In this document: piece after piece, positions 1-9,962 of the stretch
Layout: every line of letters begins with the position of its first letter
How positions within the stretch are numbered: the first letter of the stretch is position 1
NCBI GenBank assembly: GCA_973895155.1
Contig: OZ316892.1
Coordinates: 24,065,971 to 24,129,970, forward strand
From: Marsupella aquatica
Taxonomy: Eukaryota > Plantae > Marchantiophyta
Direction: 5' to 3'
Length of the DNA stretch: 64,000 nt
Translations under genes and position numbers: made by a program
The notes under the pieces: model-generated
Told to the model about the DNA's origin: nothing
Databases searched by the model: none
What the model saw: only the letters and a program-made list of their open reading frames with translations

Positions 1-970
1 TGATCCATTTGGTCCTTTTGCGTTCTCTGCTACCAATGCGCATGGCTCAGGTACCAACGGACAGAATGACTTCACAGACAAACTGATAGTAAGACAGAAT
101 TTTTGCTGTACGCTTTGAGTGACTGGATGGAATGAAGACCTTGCAGGAGGCCTGAAGGTAACGTAATTTTTTGGTTTTATCTTTTATGCTAGGGCGGTGA
201 ATGTGAATTTGTGTGAAGGTGAAGATGATATTCTTTATCTAATGTTCCTAGATTAAGGATGACCGTTGGATTCTGGCTAATGGGGTTTGTGGCTAAGACT
301 GTTTAGTGAGATAAATTTTGATTTCCGCCATGCAAAACTAATAACAATATGATGACTATTTTCCCTCATATTTTTCCTTCCAATCCAAGCCGTTTGCTCC
401 CTTTGATCCATTTGCTCCTTTGCCTTTGCTGCTACCAGTACCCGTGACTCGAGGTACCAACAGACCAGATGACTTCACGGACAAACTGATAGAGTTTCAT
501 CAGTCATAATAGTCAACCTGAGAGATGAGCTGTTTGTTTTCCATGGTGAATGACTGGATGGAATCATGACCTTCAAAATCAGATTCTGGCTAAAGGGGTC
601 TTTGGCTAGGTGGGAAGTTGCTATTAGTACACAAATGTTTTTGTCCTCTCTCATATTGTTGGGGAACAGTTAGCCACAGGTTTAAATAATTATCACCTAG
701 ACAATTAGGCATCCAACCGGTTATTGCAACAACCCAATGCCTGGTTTTTTATGGCAAAGCCAGACTTTTCAGTGAGGGTGTAATTTGGCTAGATTTTGCC
801 ACTTAAAAATGGACTATTCAATGACTCTTTGCACTTTCAATCCAAACCTACTGCTCCCTTTGATCCCTTTGCTCCTTTGCATGTGTTGTGCCTTTGCTGC
901 CACTTTTGCTGCTAATGCTAATGCATGACTCAAGGTACCAACTGACATAATGATTTCACAGATGTACCGA
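1..970. repeat. Diverged direct repeat, three copies of a ~90-bp core at ~400-450 bp spacing
   Basis: tgatccattt(g)...ggtaccaac...gatgacttcac(a/g)gacaaactgatag recurs with substitutions at ~1, ~404 and ~860. Confidence 0.75.
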
Positions 971-2342
971 CAGGGTGTTAGTCCAAACAGAAAGAATAAT
1001 CATTAGATGTAGTGAATGAATGGACAGAATGTTGGCTTTGAGGGGTCAACTAGCAAAACCATATGTTACTATGTCAACCCCAAAATTTTAAAAAATTACT
1101 GAATTACAACCATCTTACTTTAAAAGGGCCAAGTGAAATCTACTTTTAAGAGCCTAGGTCTAGAGTGAAACCTCTAGACCGTAACTCTATGGTCATCATG
1201 TGCATGGGAAAAACTCATGACATGACTATGATGTATGTCAACTGGTACATGCAAGTATTTTACATCTTACTATAAAAGCGCCAACTGAAGTCTACTTTTA
1301 AGAGCCTAGGTCTAGAGTGAAGCCTCTAGACCGTAACTCTATGGTCATCATGTGCATGGGAAAAACTCATGACATGACTATGATGTATGTCAACTAGTAG
1401 CTGCGAGTATTTTCCATTCAAAAAATATGGGCATTATGGCCCCACCATAACATATGTGCATAGAAGATGGATGTGCATACAAAAAGAGTGATGTGCACAT
1501 AAAGGAGAATGGTATATTATATATGACTATTAAAATGATGAATTTTTATCATTTCATTAACCTTCAAAGAATATGAATAGAGAATATATTTTGATAATAT
1601 TTTTATTGTCCTCTCCGCTATTCATGTTCAAAGAACGGGTAGTCGGGGCTAGTACAGACAGAATATTGGTTCTATGCATGTGGTGAATGTGTAGGATAAC
1701 CCCTGGCCTGAAATCATTAATGGGATGTAAGCCTTGAGGGCGAGAGGGTTACAGCCATGGCTCAGAACAGGCCATGTGTTAGCAAGCGTACCCCAACTCT
1801 TTACCACATACAATTCTGAAATTTTGAAAGACTTGGCAAGGCTGGCTAGGGATAATCAAACTTGGAACCCTGGCCAGGCTGGGAAGGGGTTATGGCTAGA
1901 GACCAAGAAAAAGGAGGGGGTACAAATGGATGGAATGATAACTTGAGGGATGAAATGATGGAACATTGCTTCTATGACGAATCGTTGGAACCATTTTTTA
2001 CTATGTCACTTGCAAAATTGAAGGCATGTGTAGACTTATATGCACCGTTAGATCTTGCATTATTTGATCTTAGCCATCAGATTTTGGTGAATAATTGTGA
2101 ACAGACGGATGGATGAATTTTTGAAAGGTGAAATTTTCATGGAAATGAAAAAAACCATGAGTTGAGTCAATTAGCTAGTTAGATGGTGTACGCATCAACA
2201 AAATCAGGACTTGTTGGTGGCAAGAGTTCACTAAATCCACATCTCTAAAAAATGTTTGCCAATTTTGGCAAAAAATGGCTAGCTTTTTTGGTCTCCCACT
2301 AGCCAGTTTCCGACCTAGCAACAGACCCCGTTAGCCAGAATT
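580..2342. mobile_element. Possible old non-autonomous DNA transposon bounded by degenerate inverted termini
   Basis: 581-623 (agattctggctaaaggggtctttggctaggtgggaagttgcta) resembles the reverse complement of ~2299-2342 (gaattctggctaacggggtctgttgctaggtcggaaactggctag). No TSD or transposase recognised. Confidence 0.4.
1111..1414. repeat. Tandem duplication, 2 x ~152 bp
   Basis: Near-identical units start with catcttact at 1111 and 1263. Each contains the hairpin ggtctagag-N6-ctctagacc. Confidence 0.9.
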
Positions 2343-2492
2343 CAAGGGTCATCCTCAAATGTAGAGGGATAACTATGTAAAAAATTAATCTATGAAAACT
2401 AAATAAATAATTTTCCTAGAATCAAAAAGAAATAAAGAATCTTCCCAACATCTTGTGTTTCCCAGCTACAATTGCCAAAGTGAAAAAAACCC

Positions 2493-3260
2493 TTAAAACA
2501 TTACGCCGGACATGATGATCTCGTAGAGGGACGAAAGGACGGAATAGTCCCTTACATGGCGAACGAACGGACGGAACCATGACTTAAGGGACGCAAGAAC
2601 GGAACAACGGAAGAACGGAACGAGGAGGGAAGGACGACGCACGGGCTGAGAGTCACTGTTCGTTGGAGTGACCCGAGCGGACAGACGGGCGGGCATGAGC
2701 GGCGACGGAAGTGTCCACTGATCCCATTGACTGGAGATCGACGGGACATATCCCCTGCCTGACGGGGGATTGGGCAAGGTGGTGCCATCGGGTTGGCGTA
2801 GGCGCGATGGAGTACTGCGCACCCAAAGTAAAAAGACGGCGAGCGATGAAGAGGGGGGGAGAGAGAGAGAGAGAACCCGGCCGTCCATGGAACCCCGGCT
2901 TCGGCTCTGGGAGTGGGAGTGTCTGGCCCCACTGGCGATTCCAGCTGCGGAGAGAAGAGGAGAACTGGGGGGGAGGGAGAAGCATACCATGGCTTGCAAG
3001 TGTCCCACACTCCCAGTATCCCACCCCCTGGCTGGGGCTGAGACCACCAGATGTGACCGGCAGGGCCCGGTTTGTGCTGCCGGCGATGCACACGTGCCAG
3101 TCAGTTGTTGTCTCGTCCGCCGCTTGGACTGGGCTGTGGAATGGGGATGTTGTTATGTTTGCCTTTCTTTCCAGGAGTACAATTTGTGTGCGGTTTGGAA
3201 CCCGGACTAATGCTAAACTTAAGCCCCCATGGACGGAAATGGTTGACAAAATGCTGGCAT
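2493..3260. repeat. GC-rich island with acgga/aacgg-type short repeats, probably transposon-derived non-coding DNA
   Basis: Abrupt GC rise against AT-rich flanks, many gacgg/aacgg motifs and a (GA)n run. The overlapping ORFs in several frames have no recognisable protein motif. Confidence 0.45.
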
Positions 3261-3994
3261 AAACCAGTGTCACCCAGATGGACTGCAGGAAAACCTGCTT
3301 TGCACTCAGATAGAGCTTTTTCTGTGTAGAAAATCCATACTTTTCTGGTCAACAGTAACCTAGTCCATATGAGTTGCAAGGTTCATGGGATCGGGTCCAT
3401 CCAAGCATTACTTTCGGACTAATGCACATTAATGTCCTTGTTATAAGAGAAATTAGCTTGGTGGGATCCATATTTCAGGGTGTAAATAGTCTCTTAGTGG
3501 GTTGTGAGGTCCTTACAACCAGCAGTAAGAAGAGGGAGAGGCTTGAACCACATAGCAATGCCCTCTCCCACCCCTTGCGACAAAATTTGAAGACATGTAT
3601 TGGCTGCCTCTACCTTCAGACAAATTTCCCTCCCGGATCCTCTTACTCTGTTTCTTGCAGCAGCATTTGGAGAGAAAGCATTTCGCTGCCACCTTGCACC
3701 TCACAAGAACCCTTTCACAACTGCTTGCCACCCACAAAGTTTTTGCAAAAATTTGCCTCACCAAGCTAGTTTTTTTTGGTAATGCAGGGACTCACCAAGC
3801 AATTGGTCTCCCGTTGTGTTCAAAGGACAGACAACTAAGTCTAATTTCATGTTTGAATGAGAGAGTTCCGGGCTTATTATTCAAATAGAGACCCAATTCT
3901 CCACATATAAAGCTCTATTCTTTCCTCACGTAAAACTATGATGGAAACTCAAATTTAGGCTGAGGGTCACTACTTGTATAGAATGCCACCCCAC

Positions 3995-4129
3995 TCAGGT
4001 TAAATTTAAAGGTTTTCGTAATTTTCCAAGATGACCAATCTTGATTTGTGTCAAGGAGGGCATTCAGGTTAAATTTAAAGGTTTTTGTAATTTGCCAAGA
4101 TGACGAGTCTTAATTTGTGTCAAGGAGGA
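3995..4129. repeat. Tandem duplication, 2 x ~69 bp
   Basis: tcaggttaaatttaaaggtttt...tttgtgtcaaggagg occurs twice head to tail. Confidence 0.85.
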
Positions 4130-5263
4130 AAATGACTAAGGAGTTTTTGTTATTAAAATTTTCTTGATTAGATTTAGACCATCGAATCTCCCCAGATTTT
4201 CGTCGATTTACTCAGATTCTGGCTATTAGGCCCTAGGGCTTGATGAAAGCTATAAAAACACTAACAAAATTTAGCCACAACTGATGAAGGGTTTTTGAGT
4301 AAGCATATTTTGGCACTAGAAAAAAACACTGCCCGCATGTACTATTCCAACACAAGGCTCAAGCCCAGACTCTAATATAGGTCTCAAACCTCAAGCTTGA
4401 TGTAAAAAGATTGGTTGGTTATGGAGGATGAATTGCTAAATTCATAATCCATAACTTTTTCCTGTAAATTGATCATAATTGATCATATTACATGATCGTA
4501 AAGTTTCGGCTTCATCAGGAATCACAGCTCATGCTCTTCAGGTAATCCTTCAATTGGTACAGAGACTGATGTTGCCTCCTTGTTGCATGTTCCTGTCGTC
4601 TGTTCCCCTCTCTACTGTACTTCGATAGCCCAGGAGGCGAAAAGCAAAAGCAGGGACTACAAATCTGAAGGCCTGATTTGATGTTAATATATGAATGGAT
4701 CTTTCTCCCCTAGTAACTAGAGGATTAAGGGAGTATGTTGACCTTTACCAGGTATAGGGCAACCCCCATATCCAGGGAGAAACAGGGGAGACCATATGCT
4801 TGTAAAGAAATACATACATTCTTGATCCTACTTTACGGTTATGTGTTTAGTTATAATTGACTCACTTTGACTCTGTCAGAATTTCACACCTAGAGTAGAT
4901 TTTGTGATGAGACATTAGAAGTTACAGGTGGAGTTCTATCATTGGACAAGGACCATCATTACTCAACACATGACCTTAAAGGCAAGGTATATGAAATGGA
5001 CTCTTTCCAGAAGATATCCGAACTTGGAGATTACTTGAGTTCCCAGTGGTTGGATGCAAAATTGACACAGAGCAGACTCGATTCATCCATTTTCAGAGGA
5101 CCTCACGTAATGAGAATGCTACAATCTGTTGCAATCTGTCTACTCCTAGTTGCATCAGGGAAAGTGGAATTGATGTACTCATACTATTGGAACTTGCAGA
5201 TGGAATTGTAAGGTTTTGAAGGATGTCCTGATCATTTTCTACTCAGAAATCAGTTGCTCTGGC

Positions 5264-5790
5264 GTCTAGCTGTGTATGGCTAAGCTGAATTGCACCCGAG
5301 AAACTACGGCCTCCTATGTCTGTGTGATTGCCTGTTTCAGGTCTAGCTGTGTATGGCTAAGTTGAATTGCACCTGAGAAACTACGGCCTCCTATGTCTTT
5401 GTGATTGCCTGTTTCAGGTCTAGCTGTGTATGGCTAAGTTGAATTGCACCTGAGAAACTACGGCCTCCTATGCCTTTGTGATTGCCTGTTTCAGGTCTAG
5501 CTGTGTATGGCTAAGCTGAATTGCACCTGAGAAACTACGGCCTCCTATGTCTTTGTGATTGCCTGTTTCAGGTCTAGCTGTGTATGGCTAAGTTGAATTG
5601 CACCTGAGAAACTACGGCCTCCTATGCCTTTGTGATTGCCTGTCTCAGGTCTAGCTGTGTATGGCTAAGCTGAATTGCACCTGAGAAACTACGGCCTCCT
5701 ATGCCTTTGTGATTGCCTGTTTCAGGTCTAGCTGTGTATGTCTAAAGCTGAATTGCACTTGAGAAACGATGGCCTCCTATGTCTTTGTGA
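5264..5790 (+). repeat. Tandem array of ~6.8 copies of a 77-bp unit
   Basis: Units starting gtctagctgtgtatg at 5264, 5341, 5418, 5495, 5572, 5649 and 5726, with few substitutions between copies. Confidence 0.97.
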
Positions 5791-6060
5791 ACGACTCTGT
5801 GTTTGAGCTGTACAGACTACCCGACACAGCAAGCCTACAGATCATGTTTTTCCCTGGTCTACAAGGCAGAGACAATCTGAATGGGCACGTTTAGAACTGG
5901 CAAAATGGGGATGGTTCTTGTCTATGGCCGCAAACCTGGTTGGTCGAAGAGTTTCCTGGCGCCCATGTATTTTCCATTTCTTACCAGCTTCATCTACTCC
6001 TAACAAGGTAGAGAGGAATCAGTAGAATTGCTGACAGGGGAGCCCCTGGCTCACATCTTC
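5769..6060 (+). pseudogene. N-terminal half of an alpha/beta-hydrolase domain (SERAC1-like, as in liverwort hydrolase-NBS-LRR proteins), disabled
   Basis: Manual translation from ATG 5769: MASYVFVNDSVFELYRLPDTASLQIMFFPGLQGRDNLNGHV*NWQNGDGSCLWPQTWLVEEFPGAHVFSISY. This fits the recalled pattern (I/V)FFHGL...W...WPxxWLxxxFPxAxxxSxSY. In-frame TAG at 5892-5894; the frame is lost after ~5985. Confidence 0.8.
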
Positions 6061-6509
6061 CACTCATCTTGCAGTTAGTCGTACCAGCTCAGAAATTCTC
6101 CAAGAATGCAGCGGCAAGAGCGAGCAAGTGTCCCTTCGGAATTCGAGGTTTCACTCGGAGGGACGGAAAATAATCTTCTACCACTGAAGCAGCGAGTTCA
6201 GCAACCCAGTCACCATTGTCTGCCTCGACACCTCATGCTCCAGCTCCTTCTTCATGTCCAGAACCGCGTAATGTTGGCCCAGGTACTTTGACTATCATCG
6301 TCTTCAAGAGACAGCGCAGGTTCTGTATGGTCCCGACTGCTTTATTCAAAAGGAGATTGGAAGATAATTCTAGAAAAGTTCATCAGAGACATGTTCCTAC
6401 CACCGCTTCTCACTAGGCACCTTTTTGGGATTGGGCAGACACTACACATCAGATCTCCGGTCGAAATGAGTTTTCATTCTTACAAATGTCAGATAGCTTG
6501 CCATCGCAG

Positions 6510-8801
6510 ATGCTGTAATTGACAAAGTGACAATCGGAGTGGAGCCAATGCGTCCGGAGGACTGGATCGAGATAGACATATTTTACGACCAAGTGATGGC
6601 TCTTCGTAGAAAAGTGTTAGCAACACGGAAAGAGGTCGCAGTTGCAACCCACCCGGCATACCCTCAAGCAATCGAAGCGAATTGGGAAATTCTGGAGCTT
6701 CTCGTGGAGTTTCTTCCCAAGATATTCCCCTCCCGTTTCGCTGTTGCCGAGGGTGGGACCGTCATTCACAGTCTTTCCACTGGAGAAGTTTTTGGTAACT
6801 CTGACAGGTCGCAGGACCGACTCGATATTTCCGACTCGTCCCGGTATGAACCTCAGCGCTAGATCTTGCAGCATGGAGTTGTTTAACGAGTCTCCCGTGT
6901 CAGTTATGATACAACTTTCCGGGCAATTGATGGACATTGTAGGCAGCACGAGTTTGTAGAAAACATCGGGTGATACGATCTGGAGCAGAAACATTTCGTT
7001 CATGACACAACAGCTCAGGACAACACAACAGAATACAACACAACACAACATGGCGATGAGATGAGATGAGATGAGATGAGATGAGATGAGATGAGATGAG
7101 AGAGCCTGTTCGTGTTCACGGCCAAAGACGTAACAAAGTATTGAGCTCGATTGAGCTCGAATTTCCTCTGTAGGATTTCGAGTTTGCTCAATAGAACTCG
7201 GATCGACCTTACAGGTAAAGAGTACAGACGTTGCGTTTCAAGCGCGTGAGACTGCTCAAACACATATCCGTGATCGAGATTTGATAGCAGATGCGCAGGG
7301 ACAGAGAAGAAATGCTTGAACGACAAATTACAATTCTAATCTCGATCTCACTCGCTGCCATTAGTGTGAAATAATGTTTTCAGTTCTGCTGAGTTTTTCC
7401 ATGAGGAGTGGATGCTGGAGGACTTATGCCTCATGATGAAGGTCGATGGCGAGTTGAGGTTTGTGTCAGGAGTTGCATTGTTTCCCCAGCGGTGGTTTCT
7501 TACAGAGAAACTGGGAAATGGATATGCGAAGTATACACCTGCCAGTGCCTCTTTATGAATACGAGATTGGAGTCAGAGTAAATGCATTTATAGATCGCTT
7601 GAAAGTGGGCAAACCAGTGTGGCGAGACAATTGAGTAATCTTCCCGAGGCTACTTGCACGCTAGCCTGTGTACGTTAACTCCTTTCAAATCACAGATTAG
7701 GAAAACATGGTGGAAAGAAGGGTTTTCTTCATCCATTTTTCGGCCAGGATGTCAGAAGAATTTTTTTTCATGCAAGGTTCAAAGCAATTATCTCGCGACT
7801 GAATTTCGTAGGGATGAGATCAGGACCCCTGTTTGGAAACATCTTAATTTAGCTGTTGCAGTCACAAGTCGACCCACAGGAGGAAACAGGACCCCTGCTC
7901 TTTTGGAATAAGGCGTCTCTTTGTAATCACCAAACCGTTAGGCTTACACAAGTGACTGATGAGATATGCTTTGCAGACCATACATAGGTGATGTTCCAAC
8001 TCTCTTCCAGGAACTGAACGAGGTACCCTCTTTACTACCATCTTCATGTTTCACCCTGGAATATCACTTGAGCACGTTAGTCAATATCTAGAGCTTAACT
8101 CAATTCACTATTCGTATGGGGATGTATTGACCTGCTTTTAGGAGGATATCTATGCTGCCCTCCAAGGTCGGATCAGAAACTTCGGTGATCCAATCATGGT
8201 ATCTACACTTGGCACACGGTTATTTACTCGCTGCGAAAGAGAAACTTTGATGCGTCTCCCATATCAATGATGGTGATTGTTTGTCGGAAGTCACATTGAT
8301 TATTCATGCCGTTCTCTCGTGTCTCTTTGGAGCTGGTGCAGTTTAAAATCAACTCCTTCAGTATGAGATTTTTCTGCGTTGTGCAAACTCTTACATGTCC
8401 CAACATTGAGCTCGAACGGTATCTGATGGGATGAATTTCTCCAGCCTGTATCCACTTTCATTTTTCGGATTAAGTGATATATGTGTGTCAAGCATGATCT
8501 AAAATTGGGAGCTTTTAACAATGTTCTACAGCTTTTGACGTTTATATGTTTAGACTTTCGAAGCCTTAAGTATGGCTCTTGGTGGGGTGTCATGTTTAGT
8601 GCAGGACGGGGTGCTATTCTGTTAACATTTCGCACATACATGAAGCCGCTTTCGGTATTTGAACCGCGGCCAGGATTGGCAGTAATGATGGCGCAAGGTT
8701 TGAAAGCCTTTCCAGAACCCATCTTCAAGTACAAGACTACGGCCGGTTACTACAACAAAGCCCTCGAGTACCCTCAAAATCGTGCGAAGGTTCAATCTTA
8801 G
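6510..8801 (+). pseudogene. DUF3445 / heme-dependent oxidative N-demethylase alpha-subunit-like (PF11927-type) multi-exon pseudogene
   Basis: Collinear pieces: GVEPMRPEDWIEIDIFYDQVMALRRKVL...ELLVEFLPKIFPSRF (6527-6840); EDLCLMMKVDGELRFVSGVALFPQRWFLTEKLG/MDMRSIHLPVPLYE...FIDRLKVGKPVWRDN* (~7415-7634); LFTRCERETLMRLP (~8220-8260); GAILLTFRTYMKPL...KVQS* (~8605-8801). Frameshift at ~7516 and TGA at 7632-7634 where a conserved Trp is expected. Confidence 0.8.
7011..7101. repeat. Compound microsatellite (CAACA)n followed by (GATGA)n
   Basis: Directly visible pentamer runs inside an intron of the DUF3445 pseudogene. Confidence 0.9.
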
Positions 8802-9600
8802 AAATCTCGAACAAATCTTTCTTCCTTCACAAGCCTTAATTGTTTCATAGATCTGAGATCATTGAATTGTACTGATGCCTGTCTGAATTACACTTGGCGC
8901 TACCAGGCTGAGTAGACTCTTAATTTGCTCTACCTTGAGCTAGGTGAAACTTGAATAGATAGCCAGTATACTTCTTAGTGTGCATGAGCCGACGAATTCT
9001 CATGTACAATACTCATGGCCTTCCCATTCGAAGGGCTAAGTCTTTTTTGGGAGTCTGTTCCTCGGAACAGGGTGTAAATAGCATCGAAGACCAGCGTGAC
9101 CCCCCATTCATAACTTGTGTGTTCCGAAGACTAATTGAACATCATTCAATCTATGATGTTTCTGTTGTATGTTATATTTCATCCATTTGCTGTGAGCTGC
9201 GGTTCGCAAAAGGCCCTGAACCTTCTATTACCAGCTCCAGATCCGGAGTCAAGTCGGACGACGATCGGCGGCGAAGTCCCGTATTGCTTTCCAGCTTGGC
9301 TTTGCCATGTTGAAATCAATTATACTTTTCTGAAGGAGTGGGAATCAGTCATCAGATTGCAGTGGCTGAGAGCAGCAACAGGCCTTGCCACTGTAATCCC
9401 TTTGCCCGAAGTAGTTCTTTATGACTTCAATTAGAGAATCATTGTCCAGCTCTTTAATTTAGACACTTAACGCCAAGGCGAACGCTTTTGGCCAATATTG
9501 GCCTAGGAATCACTTCGTCTGCTTCGTTTGTGTACTTGTAAATCACCACCAAACATACTTCGTGTTCAAGGTGATCATTCGGAAAAATAGTCAAATTTCA

Positions 9601-9675
9601 CCAGGTAGGTCGAGATTTGAATCCAGGATTTCTAGCTTGACAGACAATTGATACACCGCTTAAACGACGTCTAGA
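9601..9675 (-). pseudogene. Degenerate tRNA-Asp(GTC)-like sequence (tRNA pseudogene or SINE head)
   Basis: The minus strand reads gtcgtttaagcggtgtatcaattgtctGTCaagctagaaatcctggattcaaatctcgac, with a ctGTCa anticodon loop and a B-box-like ggattcaaatc at tRNA spacing. Stems are poorly paired. Confidence 0.45.
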
Positions 9676-9962
9676 AAACCATTTTGATGGTATCTCTAAG
9701 TATGAGTGACTTACACCAATGGCCCAATGATGTGTACACATACTTGGTGTCTGACCTTTTACCTCCATTGTCAATAAAGAATCTACCCTTGACACTTCGG
9801 TCGAGCCAATTTTTTGCCAAACCTGTTCCAAATGGATTCCTACTTGGTCTACTCTCTAACTCGGTCAGTCTTGACTAAGAAGCAATCACCATTCGATCAT
9901 GATTGATCGCCTGTCGTTTGTGATTTTGTTGATTGGTTTCTATCTCGTTTGGCTCATATTTC

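Noticed and set aside
2502-2562. Hammerhead-ribozyme-like string (atgatga...gacgaaa ggac...gtcc)
   Set aside because: The core is ATGATGA rather than CTGATGA, stem II and stem I pair poorly, and the U of the UH cleavage site is missing. An Infernal search with hammerhead models would settle it.
2493-3273. Five overlapping 146-206 aa ORFs
   Set aside because: Expected from high GC and few stop codons; no domain motifs, and they run through simple repeats.
5264-5790. CRISPR-like appearance of the 77-bp array
   Set aside because: Units are contiguous with no unique spacers, there are no cas genes, and the context is eukaryotic.
8980-9430. Possible degenerate F-box paralog tail on the minus strand (DLTPDLELVIEGSGP)
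   Set aside because: Similarity to the neighbouring F-box protein is limited to a few residues and is not supportable without an alignment.
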